A stretch of 64,000 bases of DNA, from positions 8,504-72,503 of the forward strand of contig JAURFC010000002.1 in the NCBI GenBank assembly GCA_030834445.1. The letters run 5' to 3'. Every line of letters starts with the position of its first letter. Within the stretch, counting starts at the first letter, position 1. The translations under genes and the position numbers were made by a program. This document shows positions 17,590 to 28,075 of this stretch, piece after piece. Under the pieces are notes generated by a model that did no database searches, was not told the origin of the DNA, and worked only from the letters and a program-made list of their open reading frames with translations. This stretch comes from Bacillota bacterium. GTDB lineage: Bacteria > Bacillota_I > Bacilli_A > RFN20 > CAG-826.

Positions 17590-19991
17590 TTTGAAGGTTC
17601 CTTAGCTGGTTGGTATCCTGGTTCAACGACTGGAGGCACGGAGGGTTGCGTTTTCATTTCGAGTTTGGCAGATAAAATCGTACCAACAAATTCAACGGCA
17701 ATCTTTTGATTCAAATCTTTAAACATTTTAAACCCTTCATTGACGTAATCCTGTAAGGGGTTGGACTGTGCATAAGAACGAAGGTGAATACTTTGACGTA
17801 AATGGTCCATCGCATCAATATGACGCGGCCAATTTCGGTCAATAATTTTCAATAATAATTGACGAGGAATTTGCTTGATAATTTCTGGGGGCCAATCTTT
17901 GATGAGTTGTTTGTATTGCTTCAAGAGTAATACGGTAATATCTTCCGCCACTTCTTCAAGAGGCGATTCAGAAAATGCTTTGGGTTGAATGGTTCCTTCG
18001 GGTAAGAAGCGAGGTTCTAGACTCATTTTTAATTTTTCACCATCAATCGACTTTGTTCGATCATCAGGAATGACACTTTTTTCGGCAAACGATAATCCAG
18101 CACTATTGAACGTGTCGTTAATAATTTCATTGATTTCTTCCGCAAATAAAATCGCATCACGACGGCTGTACATGACACTTCGTTGTTTTGCTAAGACGTT
18201 ATCATAGTCCAAGACGCTCTTACGAATATCAAAGTTTTGTCCTTCAATTCGTTTTTGCGCACCAGTAATGGCGTTCATGAGTAAGCGATTTTCAATTGCA
18301 TCATCGCCAAGTGATTTAAACATGGTCCGTAAGTTATCCGAGCCAAATCGCACCATTAGATCATCATCTAAAGACACAAAGAATCGGGAATAACCAGGAT
18401 CCCCTTGTCGACCTGAACGACCCCGTAATTGGTTATCAATACGACGGGCTTCATGACGTTCTGTTCCTAACACACATAAGCCACCAAGGGCACGAACCTC
18501 ATCATTGATCTTGATGTCGGTACCACGACCCGCCATGTTGGTTGCAATCGTAATCGAACCTTTTTCACCAGCATGTTGAACAATTTCTGCTTCTGATGCG
18601 TGATTTTTGGCATTTAAGACAAAATGCTTTAAGCCTTCTTTGGTTAGTAAACGGGAAAGTTCTTCACTGGCTTCAACCGAAGGGGTCCCAATCAATAACG
18701 GTTGTTGATTGGCGTGGCGGGTTTTAATTTCTTTCACGAGTGCCATTAATTTGGCGGCTTTGGAGGCAAACACTAAATCGACGTCATCTTTACGTTTAAT
18801 CGGAACGTTGGTTGGAATGACGACAACCTTCATGTTATAAATTTTGATAAATTCTTCTTCTTCCGTCTTAGCGGTTCCGGTCATCCCACCGAGTTTTTGA
18901 TAAAGACGGAAAAAGTTTTGATACGTAATGGTCGCCATTGTGATGGTTTCTGAGCGGAATGTCGCCCCTTCTTTAGCTTGGATGGCTTGATGCAATCCGT
19001 CCGAGAATTCTCGACCCTTGAGGATACGACCGGTAAATTGGTCAATAATTTGAACATTATTTTCTTGGTCTACAAGATAATCGACGTCTTTAACCATAAT
19101 ATGGTTAGCCTTTAACGATTGATGAATGCGGTGAACTTTTTCACTGTGCTCGGGGGAATAAAGGTTTTTAATATTAAATGCCATTTCCGCCAAGGTTGAA
19201 CCGGAATCGGTTAACATTGCCGTCTTTGATTTGACATCAATCGTAAAATGTTTGTCCTTTTTTAACGATTTCACAAAGCGATCAAACTTAATAAATTCCG
19301 CTTCAGACGTTTTTGCGCCACCTGAAATAATTAAGGGGGTACGAGATTCATCGATTAAGATCGAATCTGCTTCGTCAATAACCGCAAAATTTAATCCACG
19401 TAAGACGCGTGTTTTCGGATTTGCTGTCATGTTATCACGCAAATAGTCGAAGCCAACTTCGGAGTTGGTTGAATAGGTAATGTCACATTGATAGGCTTCT
19501 TGTTTTTGCTCAGGGGTTTTTTCACGAACGTTCACCCCTACTTTTAAACCTAAAAATTGATAAATAGTCCCCATCCATTCCGCGTCGCGTTTTGCTAAAT
19601 ATTCGTTGACCGTGATGACGTGGACTCCTTTGCCACCGAGGGCATTTAAGTAAACAGCCATGGTGGCGGTTAACGTTTTTCCTTCCCCCGTACGCATTTC
19701 TGCGACGTTTCCACCGTGAAGAACTAAGGCCCCCACAATTTGAACTTTAAACGGCGTCATTTTTAATGTACGTTTAGCCGCTTCACGAGCAACGGCAAAT
19801 GCTTCGTATTTGATGTCTTCTAAGGTTTTACCTTGGGCTAATAGCTCTCTAAAATAAGGCGTCTTAGCTTGGAGTTGTTCATCCGTTAAAGCAGCGATAT
19901 CCGATTCATACGCCAAAACCTTCTCCGCTTCTTTGAGATATTTATTTAATTGACGTTCATCAAGACGAAATAATTTTTCTATAAATGACAT
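17586..19991 (-). CDS. secA: Preprotein translocase ATPase SecA
   Basis: 801 aa. MRTGEGKTLTA Walker A, DEADSILIDE, and GTERHEARRIDNQLRGRSGRQGDPG. Confidence 0.98.
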   Translation of the reverse strand: MSFIEKLFRLDERQLNKYLKEAEKVLAYESDIAALTDEQLQAKTPYFRELLAQGKTLEDIKYEAFAVAREAAKRTLKMTPFKVQIVGALVLHGGNVAEMRTGEGKTLTATMAVYLNALGGKGVHVITVNEYLAKRDAEWMGTIYQFLGLKVGVNVREKTPEQKQEAYQCDITYSTNSEVGFDYLRDNMTANPKTRVLRGLNFAVIDEADSILIDESRTPLIISGGAKTSEAEFIKFDRFVKSLKKDKHFTIDVKSKTAMLTDSGSTLAEMAFNIKNLYSPEHSEKVHRIHQSLKANHIMVKDVDYLVDQENNVQIIDQFTGRILKGREFSDGLHQAIQAKEGATFRSETITMATITYQNFFRLYQKLGGMTGTAKTEEEEFIKIYNMKVVVIPTNVPIKRKDDVDLVFASKAAKLMALVKEIKTRHANQQPLLIGTPSVEASEELSRLLTKEGLKHFVLNAKNHASEAEIVQHAGEKGSITIATNMAGRGTDIKINDEVRALGGLCVLGTERHEARRIDNQLRGRSGRQGDPGYSRFFVSLDDDLMVRFGSDNLRTMFKSLGDDAIENRLLMNAITGAQKRIEGQNFDIRKSVLDYDNVLAKQRSVMYSRRDAILFAEEINEIINDTFNSAGLSFAEKSVIPDDRTKSIDGEKLKMSLEPRFLPEGTIQPKAFSESPLEEVAEDITVLLLKQYKQLIKDWPPEIIKQIPRQLLLKIIDRNWPRHIDAMDHLRQSIHLRSYAQSNPLQDYVNEGFKMFKDLNQKIAVEFVGTILSAKLEMKTQPSVPPVVEPGYQPAKEPSK

Positions 19992-20035
19992 ATTTTTTAC
20001 CAGTTATTTATTTTACCATTTTATACCTAAGAATG

Positions 20036-20641
20036 TCATGCTTTCGTTGGATGTGCGAGGACAAAACCATGAAGATTTTTAAAACCACGACGTTTTAGTT
20101 GTTGTAACATCCATTTCATAGTTTCTCCAGACGTTAAAACATCATCGACACAAACAAGTTTTTGATACGATTTTAACGTATTTAATTGACTTTCCTCTAC
20201 GCGAAGGTGATGCCCAATATCCTTTCGCTTTGGAAATGATTGATCGCTTTGTTTGTAGTCCCCTTGTTTAAAAAACAGTTGATAACATGGACCAACGTGT
20301 TTAAAAATTTCCTTTAAAGGGGAAAATCCACGGCGATCATCATCCATTAAATGAACGGGTGGCATAATAATGGCCGCTTTCTCAAAGTGAATCCAAAACC
20401 ACATCGTAACGCCTTTTAAAAAACCTAGACTGAGTGCGCGTTCCCCCAACCCTTTATAGCGATAAAGCAAGGACTTAAAAAAATCATTGTATTTATAAAG
20501 AATCCAAAAGCGATATCCTTCTATTTTTTGCGACGTCCACAACCTTTCTAACTTTAAATCACACGACGCACAGCGTGCATAAGAAACGCGCCATTCTTGG
20601 GTCATGCTTTTAAAACAAAGTTGACAACGCACGGTTGGCAT
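20036..20641 (-). CDS. comFC: ComF family protein (ComFC, PRTase-fold competence protein)
   Basis: N-terminal Cys pairs (CQLCF...CASC) and C-terminal PRTase motif VCVDDVLTSGETM. Start uncertain: ATG 20641 preferred over 20710. Confidence 0.8.
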   Translation of the reverse strand: MPTVRCQLCFKSMTQEWRVSYARCASCDLKLERLWTSQKIEGYRFWILYKYNDFFKSLLYRYKGLGERALSLGFLKGVTMWFWIHFEKAAIIMPPVHLMDDDRRGFSPLKEIFKHVGPCYQLFFKQGDYKQSDQSFPKRKDIGHHLRVEESQLNTLKSYQKLVCVDDVLTSGETMKWMLQQLKRRGFKNLHGFVLAHPTKA

Positions 20642-21770
20642 GTTCAATGCGTTGGTAACTTGCAACCATGGCCGGTGTAACCACTTGGGCATATAAGATA
20701 ACTTCACCATAAGGATCCTCCTTTTTTCGTCCGACTCTTCCCGCCATTTGAATGAGTGTTTTTTCTTCCATCAACGGATGGTCTGCAGACGCAATAATAA
20801 CTTGTAGATGAACTAATGTAATTCCGCGTTCCAGAATGGAAGTAGACACAAGATAATGAACTTTTCCTTGCTTGAATGCCTCAATATCTTCATCACGCGT
20901 GGGCGTCCCGGCATGAACCCATCTTCCTTTAGGAATCCACAACGATAGCCATTGAAAAAGACGTTTCCCTTCAGCAAGCGTTGGGACAAAGATGATGACG
21001 GGTTTATGATTTTGGACCCATATTTTCACACGATTAATCATCAAAAAATAACTAAGAAATTGCCATGTTCGAATCCATTTTAACTGGGGCATCGGATGTT
21101 GATGATGGCGAATTTCCAAGCGTTCAATATGACCTCCAATATCATGAAACGCCTTTAAAACATACGGAGTAAATGTTGCTGATAAATAAATAATGCTCCC
21201 TTTGACCGAACGTTTGACCATCGCTTTTAGAACACGATTCCCGACATAGGGAAAGGCATCCAATTCATCAAAAACAAGCAAGGAAAAATAATGTTGATAA
21301 CGATAGAGTTGGTGGGTTGTCAGTACTGTGATATGTCCCTCTAATTGATCGGTATGCCCTCCATAGACTTCCACGCATGTAGAAAAGGGAAAGGCGTTTA
21401 CTAGCCGAGGAAAGAGTTCACGAACAACATCGCGTCGGGGAATCACAAAGCCTACTCGTCCCCCTTGTTTTAATGTCCATAGGATGGACGCAAAAACAAT
21501 TTCTGTTTTTCCACTTCCTGTCACTGCATCGACCATGACATCCTTCTGTTGTTGAATGGCAGATAAAATGCCCTCAGAAACGCGTTCTTGTGCAGGCGTT
21601 AATGCATAGCCAAGTTGAAGAATATGCTCGATTGAAAAAGGTTGTGCTTGCATGGCGATCGGTTCGGTTTGAAAGGGTAAACAAACCCGACAATAGCGAA
21701 CCCCTTTGCGCGTATCAAAAAGATCCGTTTCACGATTACCGCAAAAAGAACATGGTTGAATGATTTCCAC
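20610..21770 (-). CDS. comFA: ComFA-like DEAD/DEAH-box helicase (DNA uptake ATPase)
   Basis: N-terminal zinc ribbon (CSFCG...CRVC), Walker A AVTGSGKTE, DELD box and helicase C domain. Followed by comFC. Confidence 0.85.
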   Translation of the reverse strand: MEIIQPCSFCGNRETDLFDTRKGVRYCRVCLPFQTEPIAMQAQPFSIEHILQLGYALTPAQERVSEGILSAIQQQKDVMVDAVTGSGKTEIVFASILWTLKQGGRVGFVIPRRDVVRELFPRLVNAFPFSTCVEVYGGHTDQLEGHITVLTTHQLYRYQHYFSLLVFDELDAFPYVGNRVLKAMVKRSVKGSIIYLSATFTPYVLKAFHDIGGHIERLEIRHHQHPMPQLKWIRTWQFLSYFLMINRVKIWVQNHKPVIIFVPTLAEGKRLFQWLSLWIPKGRWVHAGTPTRDEDIEAFKQGKVHYLVSTSILERGITLVHLQVIIASADHPLMEEKTLIQMAGRVGRKKEDPYGEVILYAQVVTPAMVASYQRIEHANRALSTLF

Positions 21771-21799
21771 ACTCTTTAATAGGTGTAGAATCGGGTAAT

Positions 21800-22252
21800 T
21801 TAACGATAATTTTTAGCTTCGTAATCGGCGATAAGATCAAGGCGGACTTGATGACGACCTCCTTCATAGGGCGTTGTTAAAAATAAATCAATACGTCGGA
21901 GTATATCTTCCATCGCCATATAACGGGCTCCAAAGGCGATGAGATTGGCATCATTGTCAATGCGAGCACGCTTCGTTGCTTCATCATGATAACCGACGGC
22001 ACAACGGGAACCTTTCACTTTATTACTCGCAATGGAAACCCCCATCCCCGAACCACAAAGAAGAATGCCAAAATCAAATTCTTTGTTGGCAACGCGTTCA
22101 GAAGCTGAAATCGCGTATTCAGGATAATGACACGATCCTTCAGAAAAAGTACCACCATCTTCAATTGTCACATCAGAACGTTTGGCTAAGTGGTCCAAAA
22201 TGATTTTTTTATAGGCAAATCCAGCGTGATCACTGGCAACAATTAATTTCAT
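21800..22252 (-). CDS. rpiB: Ribose-5-phosphate isomerase B
   Basis: 150 aa. MKLIVASDHAGF, LLCGSGMGVSIASNK and RHQVRLD motifs of RpiB/LacAB. Confidence 0.93.
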   Translation of the reverse strand: MKLIVASDHAGFAYKKIILDHLAKRSDVTIEDGGTFSEGSCHYPEYAISASERVANKEFDFGILLCGSGMGVSIASNKVKGSRCAVGYHDEATKRARIDNDANLIAFGARYMAMEDILRRIDLFLTTPYEGGRHQVRLDLIADYEAKNYR

Positions 22253-22277
22253 ACATTAACCTCTACTTTCATTGTAC

Positions 22278-23096
22278 TCACTTTCGTTCAATCCAGGCAA
22301 ATCGCACCTTGGAATTAATATCCTCGATAAAACGTAAGGATAATGCAATCGGTAGAGTTTGAAGAAATGATTCAAACCATGCTTTCCAGTCCGGTAAACA
22401 TTCAAACGCAACAAATTTTAGTTCCGGATGGGTCACAAACAACTCAAGTATAGGACGATAGAGTACATTTTTTTCATCCGTAAGCAGCGCGAGTTGGGGT
22501 TCATACATTAGCACATTAGAATCAATCGTATTTTTATCCAAAATATAAGGGGGATTGGAAACAACCCCATGTATCGTGGAGGTAAGCCATGGTTCTACCC
22601 CAGAGCCAATGCGAAAATCAATCTTTAATTTCATTTTTTTAGCGTTCTTTTTGGCAATGAATAATGCTTTTTCTGAAAGATCGGAGGCCCCTATATTCCA
22701 TAAGGGTTTGCTTCTTTTTAACGTACAGGCAATGACACCACTTCCGGTACCGATATCAATCACATTCAGGGGCTCGGTCCACGTGGATGTACTCTTTAAA
22801 ACCAATTCAACCAGTTCTTCCGTTTCAGGACGAGGAATCAAAACAGATGGGTCGACATCAAAACGGCGGTGGTAAAATTCGGAAGAACCAACAATATAAG
22901 CAATCGGTTCCTGCTGACGAAGGCGTTTAATTCCCGAGAAGAAGGTATCACTCGGTTGAAAGGGATCATTCAAATGCAGATAAAAATCGGAATGGGAATG
23001 CAAGAAAAGTTGCTGAATGAAGAGTTCCCGTAAATCAAAGGGATTAAGGGTTTCATTTTGGAGTAGTGAATGATAGTACGCACCCACTGTCTGCAT
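22278..23096 (-). CDS. prmC: Release factor glutamine N5-methyltransferase
   Basis: DIGTGSG SAM motif and NPPY (VVSNPPYI). Directly downstream of prfA. Confidence 0.9.
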   Translation of the reverse strand: MQTVGAYYHSLLQNETLNPFDLRELFIQQLFLHSHSDFYLHLNDPFQPSDTFFSGIKRLRQQEPIAYIVGSSEFYHRRFDVDPSVLIPRPETEELVELVLKSTSTWTEPLNVIDIGTGSGVIACTLKRSKPLWNIGASDLSEKALFIAKKNAKKMKLKIDFRIGSGVEPWLTSTIHGVVSNPPYILDKNTIDSNVLMYEPQLALLTDEKNVLYRPILELFVTHPELKFVAFECLPDWKAWFESFLQTLPIALSLRFIEDINSKVRFAWIERK

Positions 23097-23097
23097 C

Positions 23098-24159
23098 TTA
23101 TTCTCCCGCGAGTTTTTGTTGTTGATCGTAATGATTGAGTGCTTCTAAAATTTCTTCAAGATCGCCTTCCATGACACGATCTAATTTTTGAATGGTAAAT
23201 CCAATTCGATGATCTGTGACACGGTTTTGTGGGTAGTTGTACGTGCGAATTTTTTCACTTCGTTCACCCGTCCCAACTTTGAGTTTGCGTTCGTTTCCTA
23301 CTTTTTCATCGATTTCGGCTTGTTTATGAGTTTGGAGTTTGGCATAAAGCATCTTCATCGCAAGTTCACGGTTTTGAATTTGAGATTTTTCAATTTGGCA
23401 AGACACCACGATACCGGTTGGAAGGTGAGTTATACGGACAGCAGATTCTGTTTTATTAACGTTTTGTCCGCCCGCTCCTTGGGAACGATAGGTATCTACT
23501 TGAAGATCGGCCGTATTAATCGTAATATCCACTTCTTCCGCTTCAGGCATCACCAAAACCGTTGCCGTTGAAGTATGAATACGTCCAGACGCTTCCGTTT
23601 CTGGGACCCGTTGGACACGGTGCGCGCCGGATTCAAATTTCAAGCGGGAATAGACATTTTCACCTTTCACTAAAAACGTAATCGTAGATTGACCTCCCGC
23701 ATCGGAAATCATTTGAATTTTCCATCCATTGGCTTCGCAATATTTGGTATACATACGAAACAAATCATTCGCAAAAATAAAGGCTTCGTCTCCCCCGGCT
23801 GCCCCACGAATTTCTACGACAATATTTTTGTCATCATTGAGATCACGGGGAATAAGTAAAACTTTGATTTCATCGAGTAAAGTAATTTGTTCTTTTTCAA
23901 TCCGTTCTGTTTCAGATTTACCAAGAGTAGCAATTTCTTCATCTTTATCGTCTTTCATGAGGAACGCATCATGATAATTTCGTTCATTCTCTTCATAATG
24001 ATTAAAGACAGAGACAACATCGTCTAAAAAAGAACGTTCTTTGGATAATTCTTTGAATTGACGTGAGTCGGAAAGAACATTGGCATCTAAAAGTAGTTCA
24101 TCAACAACCTTTAAGCGATCACGCATAGCCAATAAACGATTTTTTAAATGTTCTTCCAT
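23098..24159 (-). CDS. prfA: Peptide chain release factor 1
   Basis: 353 aa. PET tripeptide region (RVQRVPETE) and GGQ (QGAGGQNVNKTESAVRITH). Confidence 0.97.
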   Translation of the reverse strand: MEEHLKNRLLAMRDRLKVVDELLLDANVLSDSRQFKELSKERSFLDDVVSVFNHYEENERNYHDAFLMKDDKDEEIATLGKSETERIEKEQITLLDEIKVLLIPRDLNDDKNIVVEIRGAAGGDEAFIFANDLFRMYTKYCEANGWKIQMISDAGGQSTITFLVKGENVYSRLKFESGAHRVQRVPETEASGRIHTSTATVLVMPEAEEVDITINTADLQVDTYRSQGAGGQNVNKTESAVRITHLPTGIVVSCQIEKSQIQNRELAMKMLYAKLQTHKQAEIDEKVGNERKLKVGTGERSEKIRTYNYPQNRVTDHRIGFTIQKLDRVMEGDLEEILEALNHYDQQQKLAGE

Positions 24160-24268
24160 AAATTTTCCTTGTTTATCTTACCATAAATAACGCTTATTAC
24201 AATTTTTTACAAAGGTTTTTCATGTTTTAATTCGGGGTATTTTTATGTATAATTTAGGCAATCAAACT

Positions 24269-25870
24269 ATGGCATATAAAGCACTTTATCGAACGTATCG
24301 CCCGCAATCTTTTTCAGAGGTTGCCGGGCAAAGCGCGATTGTAAAAACCTTACAAAATGCGCTGCAAACCAATAAGCTTTCCCACGCCTATTTATTTTCC
24401 GGACCTCGGGGAACCGGAAAAACGACGATGGCAAAACTTTTTGCGAAAGCGTTAAACTGTGAAAAAAGTTTTGGCGAACAATGCAATGTATGTGAAAACT
24501 GCCAACTCATTTCACAAAATGCCCACCCGGATGTGATTGAAATTGATGCCGCAAGTAATAATGGGGTGGAAGAAGTCCGTGATCTCATCGATAAAGTGAA
24601 ATACTCTCCCATCAAAGGACGTTACAAAGTTTACATTATTGATGAAGTTCACATGATGACGTCATCTGCGTTCAATGCCTTATTAAAAACCTTAGAAGAA
24701 CCACCATCCCACGTTTTGTTTGTCCTTGCTACAACGGAACCTCACAAAATAATTCCAACGATTTTATCCCGATGCCAACGTTATGATTTTGGCAAGGTTG
24801 GCCAAGCAGACATCACCGAACGCATTCGTCTTATTTTAGAAAAAGAATCGATTACCATGGAACCCGCTGCGATGCATTTACTTGTGCAATTAGCAGATGG
24901 GGGGATGCGCGACGCTTTATCGTTATTAGATCAAGCCATTGCCTATGCTGGGCAAACCATTCAAGAAAAAGATATTCTTCAACTCTTCGGCATGATATCC
25001 CTGGATGAAAAACTTCGTGTGCTTGAAGCTTTTGGTCAAAGTGATGGGGCCCAATTTATTCAAGCCATCGATCAATTCATTCAACAAGGAATGGATGAAA
25101 AACGGTTACTCAATGATCTTATCGATGTTTTAAAAGACGTTCTTATTGCCTATAAAACCAAAAATTTCGATTTACTCAGTGTTCTTTCAGAAGCCGATAT
25201 TAATCGCCTACTTCTCTCTGTATCCATCGAACAAACTGAAACCCTATTAGAGATGATATTTTTCTTACTAGCCGATTACAAGGTGAACGGCAATTGGTTA
25301 AACATGTTTGAAATTCGTGGCCTCTCCTTAATGGAGAAAAAACAAGACATTGTACCTGTCAAACAACCGACGATCTCACCTCCCAAACCTTTGGTAAGTT
25401 CACCCTCACCGAAGCCAAGCCAACCATCCTCTTCGTCATTAATAGAAGAAGGTGATAGTTTATACATCGATGATTTAAACATAATCAAAATTATGTTGGA
25501 TGGAAATAAAGAAGAAAAGCAATCCCTTCTCAAAGAATGGGATCAACTTGATACCCTCATGCTGGATGAATCCTTCGGTCCCATCGCAACCTTACTCAAA
25601 GATGGAAAACCGTATGTACTCAGTGAGTATGTCCTTATTTTGGAGTACGATAATGCCTTACAAGCAGCTAAATTAAATCGCGTTCAAAACCAAAGTGCAT
25701 TACAAGATGTTTTGGCAAATCTTTATCCTGAACCTGTCCTTATTTATGCGGTTAACCGTCAAGAATCGTTAAAACTCAACAAACTCTTTCTCGACTTACG
25801 TCAATTAGGGAAACTTCCTGCTAAAACCCAAACACCACCCACCGTTCGTAATTGGAAATTTAATGTATGA
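24269..25870 (+). CDS. dnaX: DNA polymerase III subunit gamma/tau
   Basis: MAYKALYRTYRPQSFSEVAGQ is the conserved DnaX N-terminus, so the track start 24245 lies inside a TATAAT box. GPRGTGKTT Walker A, zinc module CNVCENC, and a Pro/Ser linker. Confidence 0.93.
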   Translation: MAYKALYRTYRPQSFSEVAGQSAIVKTLQNALQTNKLSHAYLFSGPRGTGKTTMAKLFAKALNCEKSFGEQCNVCENCQLISQNAHPDVIEIDAASNNGVEEVRDLIDKVKYSPIKGRYKVYIIDEVHMMTSSAFNALLKTLEEPPSHVLFVLATTEPHKIIPTILSRCQRYDFGKVGQADITERIRLILEKESITMEPAAMHLLVQLADGGMRDALSLLDQAIAYAGQTIQEKDILQLFGMISLDEKLRVLEAFGQSDGAQFIQAIDQFIQQGMDEKRLLNDLIDVLKDVLIAYKTKNFDLLSVLSEADINRLLLSVSIEQTETLLEMIFFLLADYKVNGNWLNMFEIRGLSLMEKKQDIVPVKQPTISPPKPLVSSPSPKPSQPSSSSLIEEGDSLYIDDLNIIKIMLDGNKEEKQSLLKEWDQLDTLMLDESFGPIATLLKDGKPYVLSEYVLILEYDNALQAAKLNRVQNQSALQDVLANLYPEPVLIYAVNRQESLKLNKLFLDLRQLGKLPAKTQTPPTVRNWKFNV

Positions 25871-26469
25871 AACCATTAAAAACATTACAAAACCTCACTG
25901 AATCATTTCATAAGCTACCCGGTGTAGGCTTGAAATCTGCTGAACGGATGGCTCAAGCGGTCTTACAGCTTCCTGAGGAAGATGTCCAACAATTCGCCAA
26001 GGATTTGATGGCGGTTAAAACGACCGTTCGTACTTGTTCTATTTGTGGTTTATACACCGAATCAGAAACGTGTGAAATTTGTCAATCCTCTCGTCCCTAT
26101 GAAACCCTTGTTGTCGTTAGTTATCCGAAAGATGTTTTTGCGTTTGAACGCCTTGAAGAGGTGACATATCGTTACCATGTTTTAGGGGGAGTCTTATCGG
26201 CTTCAAAAGGGGTGCAAGTTTCTCAACTTAATATCCCAAGCTTATTTAAACGTCTTGAAGAAAAAACATATGGCGAATTGATTCTTGCGATGAGTCCTAC
26301 CCTTGAAGGGGAAACAACGGCCCAATATTTAGCGGTTCTATTGAAACATAAATCCATTAAAATCACACGTTTGGGTTATGGCTTACCGATGGGCGCTAAC
26401 TTAGATTACGCCGATGCAGTGACCTTATCCAAAGCGTTATCCGGTCGAACGAATCTCAAAGGAGAATAA
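25867..26469 (+). CDS. recR: Recombination protein RecR
   Basis: 200 aa. KLPGVGLKSAERMA HhH, C4 zinc finger CSICG...CEIC, and Toprim. ATGA overlap with dnaX. Confidence 0.96.
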   Translation: MKPLKTLQNLTESFHKLPGVGLKSAERMAQAVLQLPEEDVQQFAKDLMAVKTTVRTCSICGLYTESETCEICQSSRPYETLVVVSYPKDVFAFERLEEVTYRYHVLGGVLSASKGVQVSQLNIPSLFKRLEEKTYGELILAMSPTLEGETTAQYLAVLLKHKSIKITRLGYGLPMGANLDYADAVTLSKALSGRTNLKGE

Positions 26470-26471
26470 GT

Positions 26472-27089
26472 ATGTTTATTACATTAGAGGGACCCGAAGG
26501 TAGTGGAAAAACATCGGTCATGAAAGAAGTTATCCGTCGGCTTATCGATGAAGGGCACTCCATCATTGAAACACGAGAACCCGGTGGAACTGAAATTGCT
26601 GAACAAATTCGTACGATTATCTTAGATCGAAAAAACCTAAAACTCGATGCACGAGCTGAAGCCTTATTATATGCTGCAAGTCGCCGTCAAAACCTCGTCG
26701 AAAAAATTTGGCCCAGTATCCAAGCAGGTCATATTGTTATTTGTGACCGGTTTATTGATTCCAGTTTAGCGTATCAAGGAGGGGCGCGAGGCATTGGTCT
26801 TGATGAGGTGTTGCAAATCAATTTATTTGCCACCGAAGGTTCATTCCCTGAATTAACGCTTCTTTTTGATATTGAACCCGAACTCGGTTTAAAACGCATT
26901 GCCCAAAACAAGCAACGCGAAGTCAACCGACTTGATTTAGAACGTCTGGATTTTCACCGTCAGGTTCGGCAGACGTATTTAGCCCTCGCAAAAAAATATC
27001 CAAAACGGATTATGGTCATTGATGCTTCTCAACCTTTACATGATGTCGTCGAAACCACGTATGCTCACATCAAAAAACGTCTTGCATGA
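26472..27089 (+). CDS. tmk: Thymidylate kinase
   Basis: FITLEGPEGSGKTS P-loop and DRFIDSSLAYQG motif. Confidence 0.95.
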   Translation: MFITLEGPEGSGKTSVMKEVIRRLIDEGHSIIETREPGGTEIAEQIRTIILDRKNLKLDARAEALLYAASRRQNLVEKIWPSIQAGHIVICDRFIDSSLAYQGGARGIGLDEVLQINLFATEGSFPELTLLFDIEPELGLKRIAQNKQREVNRLDLERLDFHRQVRQTYLALAKKYPKRIMVIDASQPLHDVVETTYAHIKKRLA

Positions 27090-28075
27090 GTATTTCCCAT
27101 TATCTTCAACAATTTCAACCGCATATCCATCATTTATTCAGTCACGCTTTAACGCAAAAAAAATGGTCTCACGCCTATCTTTTATCAGGACAAAAAGGAA
27201 CACCACTCAAAGAAATTGCCATCTATTTAGCGAAATCCCTTGTCTGTGAACACGGTCAACCCCTCGCCGATGAAACATGTCAAACATGTCGACGGATTGA
27301 TGCCGGTGATTTTGTCGATCTTCACTTGATTGATGGTCAAGAAGCCTCCATCAAAAAACAAGATATTTTAAATCTTGAACAATCCTTTTCTGTCACATCC
27401 TTGGAAATTTTTCAACGGCAAATTTACATCCTTCATCTCGTGGAAACAATGACACCTGAGGCCGTGAATGCTTTATTAAAATTTTTGGAAGAACCTCAGC
27501 AAGATATCTATGCTATCTTAACGACTGAATCAGTTCATAGCCTGTTACCAACCATCCTTTCGCGCTCTCAAGTTGTGACGCTTAAACCCATTGAGCAGTC
27601 TCTTCTTGTGGATCTTTATCAACAAGTTGGATTAAGTGAAGATGATGCCCAATTAGCTTCGTTTTTTTACACCACGCCTGAACTTGCTAAAGCATGGGTG
27701 TCAACCTCTTCTTATGTCGCGTTAAAAAAAGCAACGATGGAATGGCTTAGTTTAATGGGGCAAAAATTATCGGTTATGAAATTATTTTTTCGTCAAAACA
27801 TCATTCCACTCATCCAAGATAATATACTGGCTGAACAATGGTTTTCCTGGATGATTGTTTTTTTACAACAATCTTTGCGTCTTCAATTTCATCAAAAGGT
27901 TGTTTTAAAAAATTTTCGTTCTGCGTTATTATTATTAAATGATACGGTCATCGATCATGATGTCTTAGTTACACTGACAGAAGAAACGATTCATCGGTTA
28001 AGACTTCCTGTTAATGTCCCTCTTCTTCTTGATCAATGGCTCATTCGCTTTACGAAAGGAATGCGTTTACTATGA
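27086..28075 (+). CDS. holB: DNA polymerase III delta' subunit
   Basis: HAYLLSG, zinc-module-like CQTCRRI, and SRSQVV sensor motif. Conserved tmk-holB-ricT order. Confidence 0.85.
   Translation: MSISHYLQQFQPHIHHLFSHALTQKKWSHAYLLSGQKGTPLKEIAIYLAKSLVCEHGQPLADETCQTCRRIDAGDFVDLHLIDGQEASIKKQDILNLEQSFSVTSLEIFQRQIYILHLVETMTPEAVNALLKFLEEPQQDIYAILTTESVHSLLPTILSRSQVVTLKPIEQSLLVDLYQQVGLSEDDAQLASFFYTTPELAKAWVSTSSYVALKKATMEWLSLMGQKLSVMKLFFRQNIIPLIQDNILAEQWFSWMIVFLQQSLRLQFHQKVVLKNFRSALLLLNDTVIDHDVLVTLTEETIHRLRLPVNVPLLLDQWLIRFTKGMRLL

Noticed and set aside
25331-25345. A6 run (GAG AAA AAA CAA) in dnaX as a possible gamma/tau frameshift or slippage site.
   Set aside because: The heptamer is not in the X XXY YYZ register of the reading frame. 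No downstream stimulatory hairpin is evident. Gamma production by frameshifting is not a general feature outside some proteobacteria and Thermus.
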